Shown here: piece after piece, positions 23,160-30,741 of the stretch
Layout: each line of letters opens with the position of its first letter
How positions within the stretch are numbered: the stretch's first letter is position 1
Virus genome (UHGV): UHGV-0196597
DNA: 30,741 bases
DNA from: a virus
Strand: one strand, 5' to 3'
Position numbers and translations under genes: made by a program
The notes under the pieces: generated by a model
Told to the model about the DNA's origin: nothing
Databases searched by the model: none
Seen by the model: the letters and a program-made list of their open reading frames with translations, nothing else

Positions 23160-24801
23160 TGCCGAACACGTTCAGCAGGTCAACCGCTTCAACGCCCTGC
23201 TTCCGCTCGTTGGCTATCCTCGCCAGCTCGGCGGCGGCCTGCTCGTTCGTCATGCCGAGCGTGTCGGTCAGGAAGCGGGCCTTTGACATAAGGCCGTTGC
23301 CAATCAGAAGAATTCCCTCGTTGATGTTGGTCTGCCGGTCTTGAATGATGCTGTCATCCCACGAGATGCGGCATTGATAACCGTTTCGGAGATCCCCGCC
23401 CGCGAACCAACTGGACACCTTCTCGCCCTCGAATTCAACGTCATAGAGGATGGCCACAGTAATGATGTTGTGGACAAGCTTTTCGATGGCGGGGGCGATG
23501 GCGTTCTGGCAGTTCTTGACCGTCTTGTATGTTTTGCTGTTCTCGCTGACGACCTCGGTCGCTGTCTTCAAGCCGGTGTGCTGGTCAAAGGAGAAGGTCG
23601 AGGCCGAGAAGCCGAGCTGCAAACAGAGGATAGACAGTAGCGCGTTGATTGCCTTGACGTGTTCTTCAACTCGGATTTCAACAGAATTATCAACGATTTT
23701 GAGGTTGTCGGTGTCGTCGGTCTGAAGGGCTTGATAGACTTCGTCGGTCGCGTCAAAGTAGCGGACTGGGTTGCCGTCAGCGTCGGCGACTGTCCGAACA
23801 GCAGAGGCAGGAACGATGATCCGCTTTTTCCCCAGCTGGAACTCGCGGACAAAACTGTCAAAGCAGATGTCCAGCGCCCGCAGCGTGGAGAGCGCGTTGG
23901 CGTAGATGCTCACGCCGAGCGGGGAGTTGTCGTCCACGTTGTTGGCTATCGGAGTTCTCATGTAGGAAAACAGGCTCGCTTCAAGGCCGGTTATCGCCGC
24001 CTCCTCGTTGAGGTAGGGATAAAGCGCGGCCAGCGGATAGCGGAAGCCAAGAATATCTTGGCTTTCCTGTGAGGAATTCTTTCGAATTTCCGAACGATAA
24101 AGCTCGTTGGAGATGACGTAGGTCAGACCGTTCCACTTATGCCACTCAAGACGTGTGAAGTAGTACCCGTCCTTTGCTTGGCGGGAAATGAAGACGCCCT
24201 CGGTTACGCTGGCGTTGTCCCACGCAAGCGGGATGAATTGGTCGGCCATGCAGTACCCGATGCGGATGCCGCCTGTGCCAGGCACAACATTCCCGTCGTC
24301 GTCCCTCTTTTCTTCGTACCAAACTTTGAGCGCCTCGCCGCCGAGAGCGAGCATCTGCTCAATGCATTCCTGCATCTTGACGTGGAAGTTGTTCCGATGC
24401 AGCACACTGTCAATGAAGCGCTGAAGCTTGTCCTCCGGATCGTCCTCGGTCGGCTCAAAGCCGTTGAGGTTGACGTTGACCTGGCATTGCTCCGACCAGA
24501 TGAGGCCGGACAGCTCGGCGCAGACCGCTTTGGGAATGCCCAGCCGGAACAGCTCCCTCGTGCGGATTGGCTTGCCGTTCCGGTCGGTCGGCAGGGCGAT
24601 GGAATTCAGAGGGACGATGTGCCAAGCATTGTAGAAGCCCTTGTACAGCCACTTCCAGACAAAGATGCCGTACTCGTAGAATTGATTGAACGACGGGACG
24701 CCGGACAGCTCAAATACGTCCTTGAACTCCCGCCCCATTCCGGTATCTGCTCTCATGCGCGTCAGCGCCTCCTTAATTTTTTTGACAATAGCCATGTTCA
24801 C
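23152..24801 (-). CDS. Portal protein (A118-type)
   Basis: 549 aa after terL. NNVDDNSPLGVSIYANA...LGKKRIIVP...KTATEVVSENS...WDDSII motifs. Confidence 0.93.
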   Translation of the reverse strand: MNMAIVKKIKEALTRMRADTGMGREFKDVFELSGVPSFNQFYEYGIFVWKWLYKGFYNAWHIVPLNSIALPTDRNGKPIRTRELFRLGIPKAVCAELSGLIWSEQCQVNVNLNGFEPTEDDPEDKLQRFIDSVLHRNNFHVKMQECIEQMLALGGEALKVWYEEKRDDDGNVVPGTGGIRIGYCMADQFIPLAWDNASVTEGVFISRQAKDGYYFTRLEWHKWNGLTYVISNELYRSEIRKNSSQESQDILGFRYPLAALYPYLNEEAAITGLEASLFSYMRTPIANNVDDNSPLGVSIYANALSTLRALDICFDSFVREFQLGKKRIIVPASAVRTVADADGNPVRYFDATDEVYQALQTDDTDNLKIVDNSVEIRVEEHVKAINALLSILCLQLGFSASTFSFDQHTGLKTATEVVSENSKTYKTVKNCQNAIAPAIEKLVHNIITVAILYDVEFEGEKVSSWFAGGDLRNGYQCRISWDDSIIQDRQTNINEGILLIGNGLMSKARFLTDTLGMTNEQAAAELARIANERKQGVEAVDLLNVFGNG

Positions 24802-26018
24802 CGCCTGTAGTCAGACAGCATAGAGTTGATGGAGCGCTCGTAGGCGTACTCCATCGCGTCCAAGCTGTCTATGTTGCTTGTGCCGTTGTCCAGTCGCGCA
24901 TCCTTGTCGATAACTCTGCTATCCCAAACCGCCGTTCTTAATGCCTCGATGGTGTGAGTGCAGCGGTCGAGAATGAGAAACCGGTCAGAGGCCATCATGC
25001 GGGTCGCCGCTCGTATGCGGTCGTTGATTGGCCGCTTCATTGCGTTGCCGACATTGACGGCCAGCCGCGCCCGCGCAGCCGCTGTTCTCAGTCCCTTGAT
25101 GAGCGTTTGCTCGGCGCTGTCGCACCAGACATCGCCGACGCCATATTTCTGCTGACAGGCTGATGCGAAATCCACGAAAGCCTCTTCCAGCTTCGCGGGC
25201 GTAAGAGCGTCCTTGCAATACCATTCATCGAGAACAACAAGCTTATCGTAGCCTCTGGTGAAGCCCACGCAGCAGAAGGCATGGGCGGATGTGCCGCCGC
25301 CAAAGTCTATGCCGATAGCGTGATAGACCGTCGCGGGAGGCTCCTTGATGATGAAGCGGGACGGATTATCGGCGAACGGTCGGTAGACAGCCCCGTCAGC
25401 CGCAGCCCATAGGCCGAGTATGTATCGGTCGTAGTAGACCGTTCCGGTGTACTCTTTTTTGAGATTAGCTACAACATCGGCGGGCAGCTTCCCGTCGTCA
25501 ATAACATAGCGCTGCTGATAAACGTCAAGATCGTCGCGGTCAAGGAATTTCTTGAACCAGTGCGTCGGCGCTTCGGGATTGCACGTTCCGTCGAAATGGG
25601 AGTTCGGGCAGCGCAAACGGCTTTTGACTATCTCAAATACGTCCTCGCTCCAAGTGGCTACTTCGTCACCGTAGACGTATTCAAAGGTTGCACCACGGAT
25701 GCGGTCAACGTGCTTCTTGTTGTCCGCGCCCAGCGCGTAGCACTTTTTCCCGAAGATCATCACTGTATTATTTGAGCTGATGCCTGAGACCAGCCCAGGC
25801 CAGAGCTGGCGCATCGGCTCAAGAACGTTCCTGTCCAGCGTGCCCTTGGTGTTTCCAAGAAGGACAATCAGCCCGTCGCCTCGACAGCTTTGCACTCGGA
25901 GCGGGATGGTTGCTGCGATATCCAGATAGGTTTTGCCGCTGCCTGTTGCCCCCGTCTTGATGTTCCATCTGTGATTGCAGCTTTTAAGGTATTCACGCTG
26001 CTTGTCAGTTAATGGCAC
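24798..26018 (-). CDS. terL: Terminase large subunit (PBSX-like)
   Basis: Walker A GATGSGKT, Walker B YVYGDE, TCNP coupling motif, nuclease GIDFG...DSLDAMEYA. Confidence 0.96.
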   Translation of the reverse strand: MPLTDKQREYLKSCNHRWNIKTGATGSGKTYLDIAATIPLRVQSCRGDGLIVLLGNTKGTLDRNVLEPMRQLWPGLVSGISSNNTVMIFGKKCYALGADNKKHVDRIRGATFEYVYGDEVATWSEDVFEIVKSRLRCPNSHFDGTCNPEAPTHWFKKFLDRDDLDVYQQRYVIDDGKLPADVVANLKKEYTGTVYYDRYILGLWAAADGAVYRPFADNPSRFIIKEPPATVYHAIGIDFGGGTSAHAFCCVGFTRGYDKLVVLDEWYCKDALTPAKLEEAFVDFASACQQKYGVGDVWCDSAEQTLIKGLRTAAARARLAVNVGNAMKRPINDRIRAATRMMASDRFLILDRCTHTIEALRTAVWDSRVIDKDARLDNGTSNIDSLDAMEYAYERSINSMLSDYRR

Positions 26019-26367
26019 TTTCCAACTCTCCGAGAATTTCTTTTGCGTTCTTCAACAGGTTTTCGTCAGCTGCATCGACGGGGAAATCTCGCTGGCCGAG
26101 ATATTGCTTGCCGAGCCAGATCGCCATTGATGCGTTCCGTTTCGCCAGCTCGAATTGGTATCGGCGAAGGGACATTTTCCCGCCAGACGTGAATTTTTTG
26201 TATGCTTCGGAGTAACCGAAACCATAGCGGTCATTACAGAGGCGGTCGATCGTCTTTCGGTCAATGTCCAAGACGTAGGTGATCTCCTCGCCGGTCGCCT
26301 GAATGGCACAGAGCGCCTCGAATTGTTTGTATTCCTTGTCAGTCCAAACTATCTTCGGTCTCGCCAT
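26005..26367 (-). CDS. terS: Terminase small subunit
   Basis: MARPK...HTH...SLRRYQFELAKRNASMAIWLGKQYLGQRD, immediately upstream of terL, GGAGG RBS. Confidence 0.85.
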   Translation of the reverse strand: MARPKIVWTDKEYKQFEALCAIQATGEEITYVLDIDRKTIDRLCNDRYGFGYSEAYKKFTSGGKMSLRRYQFELAKRNASMAIWLGKQYLGQRDFPVDAADENLLKNAKEILGELESAIN

Positions 26368-26377
26368 GCTCGACCTC

Positions 26378-27511
26378 CTATACCAGATTTTTGATGATTT
26401 CCAGTTCCCTGTCTGACAGTTCCCATTTCTCCGCTGCGGCCTTCTCCGCTGCGGCCTTCTCCGATAAGAGGAATCCCGCACCGAAAAGGGTGTCGCCGGT
26501 TGCTTTCTGGCTATCAAGCGCTCGAATGAAGTGGCAGCTCTCCGGTTTTATCTTCAATTCTTTAAATTTTGCAATCGAGCAGGACGCGACGGAGAGTACG
26601 TTCTGCGGGTAGGAATATTTTCTCCGCTCGACGGTATCTTTACTTTCGTTCACCGCGTCGGTTATTGCCGCATAGAGCGACGGCGACATTTCGATTTTGT
26701 ACTCGCTCAAATTTGTGACAAAGCCGGTGTTGACATATGCGCCGTTCTCGTAGATGACTCTTGCGCAAACCGGAAGAAGGCAACGTCCTTCGACGCTTCC
26801 GTTAGAGAACAACGTGAGCCCAGGAGCAAAAAGGAAATATCGGATGCTTCGTTCTTCGTAGAACGCGCAAATTTGTGACAGGATGGAAAACGGCGGGTTG
26901 TCGATGACGACGCAGCCGGCAGGGTAGTCTTCTTTTTGGTAATCGCCGCCTGGATAGAACGGGCGAATGACCTTCGAGTCTTGAAGGCTGTACCGTTCAA
27001 CCGCCCAGTTGAGGACGGCCTCGTAGACCTTCGGCGGAGTATAGCAATCGTCCGTCGTCAGCTTCGGCTTGAACTTCTCCGTGAATTCCTCGTATTCTGC
27101 GTTTGTCTCTCCGGTTTCGTCTCCCCAAAAATGCTTTGGTTCTTCGTTCGGCACATTCTCAAAATCAAGATCGAAGCCGGTCAGGTCAATGTCCGTCAGC
27201 TCTTCCAGCAGCTTTTCAAAGTCCCAGCCGCTCTCGTTCGTCTTGTTGTCAACCACACGCAAGGCGTTGACTTGCTCCGGCGTGAGGTCGTCCACGCAGA
27301 CGCACGGCACTTCGGCCAGTTTCAGCTTCTTTGCGGCCAGTGCGCGGCAGTGCCCTATGACTATAACACCGTCTCGGTCAATCACTATCGGCTGAACAAA
27401 GCCATACTGCCGGATGCTCTCGGCCACGTTGGCGATCTGCGTCTCGTCGTGCTTTTTCGCGTTTTTCGCATATGGCGTCAGGCTTCTGATTGGTCGGTTT
27501 TCAATATTCAT
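26378..27511 (-). CDS. ParB-like N-terminal domain fused to an amino-MTase-like domain
   Basis: LTPYAKNAKKH...SIRQYGFVQPIVID...IVIGHCRALAA...DNKTNE (ParB/Srx), then DDCYTP...VIDNPPFS (NPPF motif IV). AAGGAG RBS before ATG 27511. Confidence 0.82.
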   Translation of the reverse strand: MNIENRPIRSLTPYAKNAKKHDETQIANVAESIRQYGFVQPIVIDRDGVIVIGHCRALAAKKLKLAEVPCVCVDDLTPEQVNALRVVDNKTNESGWDFEKLLEELTDIDLTGFDLDFENVPNEEPKHFWGDETGETNAEYEEFTEKFKPKLTTDDCYTPPKVYEAVLNWAVERYSLQDSKVIRPFYPGGDYQKEDYPAGCVVIDNPPFSILSQICAFYEERSIRYFLFAPGLTLFSNGSVEGRCLLPVCARVIYENGAYVNTGFVTNLSEYKIEMSPSLYAAITDAVNESKDTVERRKYSYPQNVLSVASCSIAKFKELKIKPESCHFIRALDSQKATGDTLFGAGFLLSEKAAAEKAAAEKWELSDRELEIIKNLV

Positions 27512-27591
27512 TGCGTCTCCTTCGTCCTCTCTGTCGCGTCTGTGCCCCACCCCTACACCTTCTGGCGCGAACAACCCCGATAAAAATCCAT

Positions 27592-27631
27592 AAAAAGCGA
27601 CCCAGCCTCCGGCAAGAATAGAGGCTGGGTC
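27592..27631 (-). terminator. Intrinsic terminator between the late promoter and the packaging genes
   Basis: GACCCAGCCTC-(11 nt)-GAGGCTGGGTC-GCTTTTTA, perfect 11-bp stem. Confidence 0.8.
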
Positions 27632-27799
27632 AAAATCAGAAAGGAGGCAGACTATCATGCCGCGGCCTGCCAGCGCGGTGGAGATAGCCGACTACTAAGG
27701 GCGCGGTCGGCACGCGCCTGAGAAAGGACAGCTGCGTTGCGGCGCAGCTCCGATAAAGGAAAGTGGGAAACGGTAGAGCCCCCTGTGTGTTCTTTCCAC
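27592..27799 (-). ncRNA. Candidate ~210-nt structured late-leader RNA with anti-SD motifs
   Basis: Bounded by a promoter and a terminator. Several GC hairpins separated by CUUUCCUUU, UCCUUUCU and CCUCCUUUCU tracts, no credible sense ORF. Confidence 0.55.
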
Positions 27800-27805
27800 A
27801 TTATC

Positions 27806-27849
27806 ATTGTATCACTGATTTCCGTGAATTTCGTCCGGAATTTGTCCGG
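27806..27849 (-). promoter_or_regulatory. Late promoter: extended -10 with activator-type direct repeats replacing the -35
   Basis: Minus strand CCGGACAAATT-CCGGACGAAATT-cacggaaatcag-TGaTACAAT, downstream of the RinA/ArpU-like gene. Confidence 0.75.
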
Positions 27850-27898
27850 TTTTTTTTCTATTTCTGCTGCTCGCCGGTCTGCTTTCGTTATCCAGACA

Positions 27899-27933
27899 TC
27901 GATTTTAAGGCTGTTATAACAGACCGATTTTCC
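27899..27933. repeat. Dispersed 35-bp element, copy 3
   Basis: tcgattttaaggctgttataacagaccgattttcc. Confidence 0.9.
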
Positions 27934-28004
27934 ATTTTCTTTTTGTCCGCCTCTATTCTCCCGCGTTCGGTCAAAACCGCCGCAGAGGCGAAATTTCTGG
28001 GTCA

Positions 28005-28454
28005 TCAGATAAAAGTGCTTCCAAACATCGTCCGCGTAAAATCCGTCAGGGCGGCATTGATTTTGTCGTAGACCGCTGATCGCTCGCAGTAGAGTTCCGC
28101 CATCAAAACATCGATGTGGTTCTTCGGCCTGTAGATATAGGCGACTTCAAGCACCCGCCGCTTTTCGTCCCCGATGCCGTCCAGCCCTCGGTCGATGCGC
28201 GTCATCTTCCGCGTCAGGTGGGCGAGCTGCTCCTCGGTCACGGTCTTCTCGTAGATCAGGTTGAGCGCCTGAACTTCGCGGGCGTTCGCGCCGCCCTGCA
28301 CCGGCGTTCCGTCAAACCTCGCCCCTGAGATGGTCGTCTGACGGCTCCGCAGCTCTTCCAGCCGGTCTGCAAGGTTCTTGATCGCCAGCTCGTTGACGTG
28401 ATAGTCAAACAGCTCGGCGCGGGCGGCCTTAACGTAAAAATCGACTGTCTTCAT
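28005..28454 (-). CDS. Late transcriptional activator (RinA/ArpU-like)
   Basis: Coiled coil, PVQGG, then sigma-region-4-like C-terminus (EKRRVLEVAYI...LMAELYCERSAVYDKINAALTDF). Last gene before the packaging module. Confidence 0.82.
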   Translation of the reverse strand: MKTVDFYVKAARAELFDYHVNELAIKNLADRLEELRSRQTTISGARFDGTPVQGGANAREVQALNLIYEKTVTEEQLAHLTRKMTRIDRGLDGIGDEKRRVLEVAYIYRPKNHIDVLMAELYCERSAVYDKINAALTDFTRTMFGSTFI

Positions 28455-28457
28455 TGC

Positions 28458-28601
28458 TCACATGTCCTCTCTTTCAAATCGTTCTCCTTTCATCTCCCGC
28501 TCAAGGCGGGAAATGAATTTCTTCAAATCCCGCCTGCACTTCGGGCTTTTGGTTTTCAGATAGGCTTCCCGCGCCTCGGCCAGTCGCTCTTTATTCGTCA
28601 T
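28458..28601 (-). CDS. Small basic hypothetical protein (47 aa)
   Basis: Not in the track. MTNKERLAEAREAYLKTKSPKCRRDLKKFISRLERE... fills the gap exactly. Confidence 0.6.
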   Translation of the reverse strand: MTNKERLAEAREAYLKTKSPKCRRDLKKFISRLEREMKGERFEREDM

Positions 28602-29256
28602 CGCACCCACCCCACTGTTCAGCCATTGCTTTTGCTATGCCGTTGAAGGTTTTGCTTCTTATTTTCGGGTCGCGTTCTTTTCGACCCTGAAATCTTTTAT
28701 AATTCCCGTAGGAATCTTTACAGCCACCATTGACATACGGTCCGTGATTGTCAATAATTTCCGTTGGGTGTAGTTTTGGCAGCCCTTTTAACCAGAAGCA
28801 AGTCCTTTTGCTGTAAGGGTGACCAAACTCATAAGGTTGTATCGCTTGAGAATATGGCGGCAGCCCGACAATTTTCATCGGAGTTGGATTTTCCACAGCG
28901 ACGCTGGGAATGTTGGCATTGTATAATTTCATGAAAAACGCTTTCGCCTCCATCGCCCTGGCAAACCGCTCTGGAACAATTTCGCCATTGACCCGCATAC
29001 GGACCGAGCCGCTGTTACAAAGAAAGGTACACGGCGGGTGAGCGATCAGTAAATCCCACTGTCCGACATTATGAGCAGCGCCGTCCATAGTCGTTATTTC
29101 GCCGCCCTCAATTGCTTTGAGCGCGTCGCCAAGAATGTGCCACTCTGGATGTCCTCCTGACGGCTCCTGTAGGTCGCAAGAGTATGCCTCATGACCGAGT
29201 TTTCTGAATGCTTTGCAGACAGTTTGGCTTTCTTCACAAGCTATAAGCACTTTCAT
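28591..29256 (-). CDS. Short phage DNA cytosine methyltransferase-like protein
   Basis: MKVLIACEES...AYSCD...WDLLIAHPPCT (PC catalytic motif), VENP, KRTCFWLKGLP, RSKTFNGIAKAMAEQW. Confidence 0.8.
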   Translation of the reverse strand: MKVLIACEESQTVCKAFRKLGHEAYSCDLQEPSGGHPEWHILGDALKAIEGGEITTMDGAAHNVGQWDLLIAHPPCTFLCNSGSVRMRVNGEIVPERFARAMEAKAFFMKLYNANIPSVAVENPTPMKIVGLPPYSQAIQPYEFGHPYSKRTCFWLKGLPKLHPTEIIDNHGPYVNGGCKDSYGNYKRFQGRKERDPKIRSKTFNGIAKAMAEQWGGCDDE

Positions 29257-29257
29257 T

Positions 29258-29428
29258 TCATGCTTCCCCCTCGTTTGGCAGCCCCCACGTGACCGGCTCG
29301 CCGACGCTGCAATCCCAGTGGTCAGGGGCGTACCTCCTGAAGTCGCAGTTCTGGCAGATCTTTTTCTTTTGGCAGTATTTCTGTAGAAACCTCGCCTGTT
29401 CAATGAGTTTCTTCTGCATATCGGTCAT
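29258..29428 (-). CDS. Small Cys-rich protein (56 aa)
   Basis: LQKYC...CQNCDF...C...PVTW, GGAGG RBS. Confidence 0.65.
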   Translation of the reverse strand: MTDMQKKLIEQARFLQKYCQKKKICQNCDFRRYAPDHWDCSVGEPVTWGLPNEGEA

Positions 29429-29994
29429 TTTCGCACCTCCTCTGCAAAGCACCACGACTGCGGCGGCCTTCTGATTGGACGCTCCCACTCGCAATCAAAA
29501 GCATAATCGCCGTCAAGCCCCATCACTTGGTCTTTCTGGCAGCCTCCGCACAATCCTTTCTTGCAATACAGTTCGGACGGGAAGCAGAAGTCACGCAGTT
29601 CTTTTGGCTTATCGTATACCTTCAGCTCCGAGATGCTCTAGCCGTACAACGGCTTTCCTTTGCCGTATGCGATAAAGTCCTTCGGCTTCAGGCAGGTTGT
29701 CCTGCAATCGACAATATCAGCTAAGCCGTCCATTGTATAGCGTATCTGGTAAATATAGTCGCAGATGAACTCTGCAATGACCTGTCCTCGCCCCGTGAAC
29801 ATTATGTGTCCGTCCTCGTCAATCCACGGCATGTCGCTTTTACTTTGCGTCTCGTAGATATAACATGTGAACGGCTCTGCCAGTTTGCCGAGCTTCACGC
29901 CGGACGGCTTAGTCTTGCGAACCTCTGCGGTTTTTTCGCCGGAAACGATCAGAGCGCACCACTCCGGCTTGATACTAATCATCACGCTGTTCAT
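29425..29994 (-). pseudogene. ASCH/PUA-like protein interrupted by an in-frame TAG at 29640-29638
   Basis: SIKPEWCALIVSGEKTAEVRK ASCH motif. After LYG* the frame continues SISELKVYDKPKEL...RPPQSWCFAEEVRK to a TGA overlapping the next ATG. Confidence 0.75.
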
Positions 29995-30307
29995 TTTCTT
30001 TCTCCTTTTCGTAGTTGTCTTTCAAATTCTGATTTCTCCGGCAACATGAGCATTTCTGATGCCTCTTGTCTTTCCAGCGGCAACCGGTGCAATTGCTGAC
30101 GGTGGTCTGATTGTTCCGGCAAGTGTCTGTCTCCGCGCAATAATCGCAATTGTCCGCCAGCTCCCCGTCTTGGTGCTGACACTCGTCGCAAAGCATCAGC
30201 CGGTGGCCACAGTGCGGACAGAACGCCTTGTAGCCGTTCACGCTCACATTCCAGAACATGGCGACCTCGGTTTCGCAGATTGAGCAGTATTCAACCACGA
30301 TGTTCAT
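29975..30307 (-). CDS. Multi-CxxC Zn-binding protein
   Basis: CSIC, CPHC, CDEC, CDYC, CTGC and CSCC motifs. Confidence 0.7.
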   Translation of the reverse strand: MNIVVEYCSICETEVAMFWNVSVNGYKAFCPHCGHRLMLCDECQHQDGELADNCDYCAETDTCRNNQTTVSNCTGCRWKDKRHQKCSCCRRNQNLKDNYEKEKENEQRDD

Positions 30308-30533
30308 CTTTGGTTTCCTTCGGCGGTTCCGGTATCGGTGCCCAGTGGGTGAAGCGGGCGTGGTTGAAAAATCCGTAATTGTCGCATTCGTCCCACCCGT
30401 TAGCTCCAAATCCGGCCATTGTCACAATGCCGCTATCAAGCGCGACCAGCACATACTTGTTCTCGTCATCCATCAATCCCTCACGGCTCGGCAGCCGGTC
30501 TGTTACCGGTATCCATTCCACGGTTGTTTTCAT
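30291..30533 (-). CDS. DUF551-like protein
   Basis: EWIPVTDRLP...VLV...THWAPIPEPPKE signature. Confidence 0.85.
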   Translation of the reverse strand: MKTTVEWIPVTDRLPSREGLMDDENKYVLVALDSGIVTMAGFGANGWDECDNYGFFNHARFTHWAPIPEPPKETKDEHRG

Positions 30534-30741
30534 TTTGCTTCCACTACCTTTCCATTTTTCAGCCGGTAGAACACGTCCGGCTTGTAGGTTTCGCCGTCAA
30601 TTTGAATAAGCTGCACGTCAATGAGTTTTCTCCTTTTCCACTCCGCCAGAACGATATACGCCCCAAGCACTCCTTTGGCGCGGTTGCCAGCGCCCCACGC
30701 AACGGCGATTGCTGAGCTGCTTCCCGCCGTCGCGGCGGCCT
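30530..30741 (-). CDS. C-terminal part of the SATG-repeat protein that begins at 742
   Basis: (E)AAATAGSSSAIAVAWGAGNRAKGVLGAYIVLAEW...IDGETYKPDVFYRLKNGKVVEAK*, stop overlaps the next ATG. Confidence 0.88.
   Translation of the reverse strand, partial: AAATAGSSSAIAVAWGAGNRAKGVLGAYIVLAEWKRRKLIDVQLIQIDGETYKPDVFYRLKNGKVVEAK

Larger units (their letters stand above)
1..30741. mobile_element. Temperate siphovirus-like phage genome, apparently complete and circular (excised or packaged form)
   Basis: Lysogeny, replication, packaging, head, tail and lysis modules are all present with no recognisable host genes. Base 1 and bases 30741-30740 form one GAG codon in a continuous minus-strand ORF. Confidence 0.93.

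Noticed and set aside
27657..27698. Plus-strand 13-aa peptide MPRPASAVEIADY behind AGAAAGGAGG
   Set aside because: No plus-strand promoter seen, and the terminator U-tract is oriented for the minus strand. Kept only as an alternative to the anti-SD RNA model.
27520..27800. tRNA gene in the late leader
   Set aside because: No cloverleaf, no GGTTCGA T-arm and no acceptor stem could be built.
27655..28005. 116-aa minus-strand ORF and the 5' extension of the ParB ORF to 27658
   Set aside because: They run across the late promoter, hairpins and terminator and lack an RBS. The ParB gene has a good RBS at ATG 27511.
1890..29640. Alternative genetic code (TAG or TGA reassigned)
   Set aside because: Only two internal stops, of different types. 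ssb and the lysin end at TAG at expected positions, and many genes use ATGA stop-start overlaps.

Overview
The window looks like the complete, circularly closed genome (30,741 bp) of a temperate siphovirus-type phage. The host is most likely a Firmicutes/Clostridia bacterium, inferred from consensus sigmaA promoters, GGAGG ribosome-binding sites, a DnaD-type initiator domain and an A118-like morphogenesis module. The two ends join in frame inside one repeat-rich gene. Almost all genes are on the minus strand: an early/replication module (Cro-like, ERF, NinB-like, HNH-like, SSB, split initiator with iterons), accessory genes (DUF551-like, nonsense-interrupted ASCH-like, cytosine MTase-like), a late activator, ParB/MTase-like fusion, terminases, portal, head, tail, lysis genes and a two-gene moron. 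The plus strand carries only a double-HTH repressor, a helical hypothetical protein and a large serine recombinase. The most notable unexplained signals are: (1) an unannotated 46-aa antisense ORF resembling the repressor's own C-terminal domain (SinI-like antirepressor candidate); (2) a ~210-nt structured late-leader RNA with 16S-tail (anti-Shine-Dalgarno) mimics ending in a terminator; (3) a dispersed 35-bp element with a CTGTTATAACAG palindrome; (4) an initiator split by an iteron-borne TGA; (5) a probable attP inside the integrase 3' end. All family assignments come from motif recognition and gene order by eye, with no database searches.
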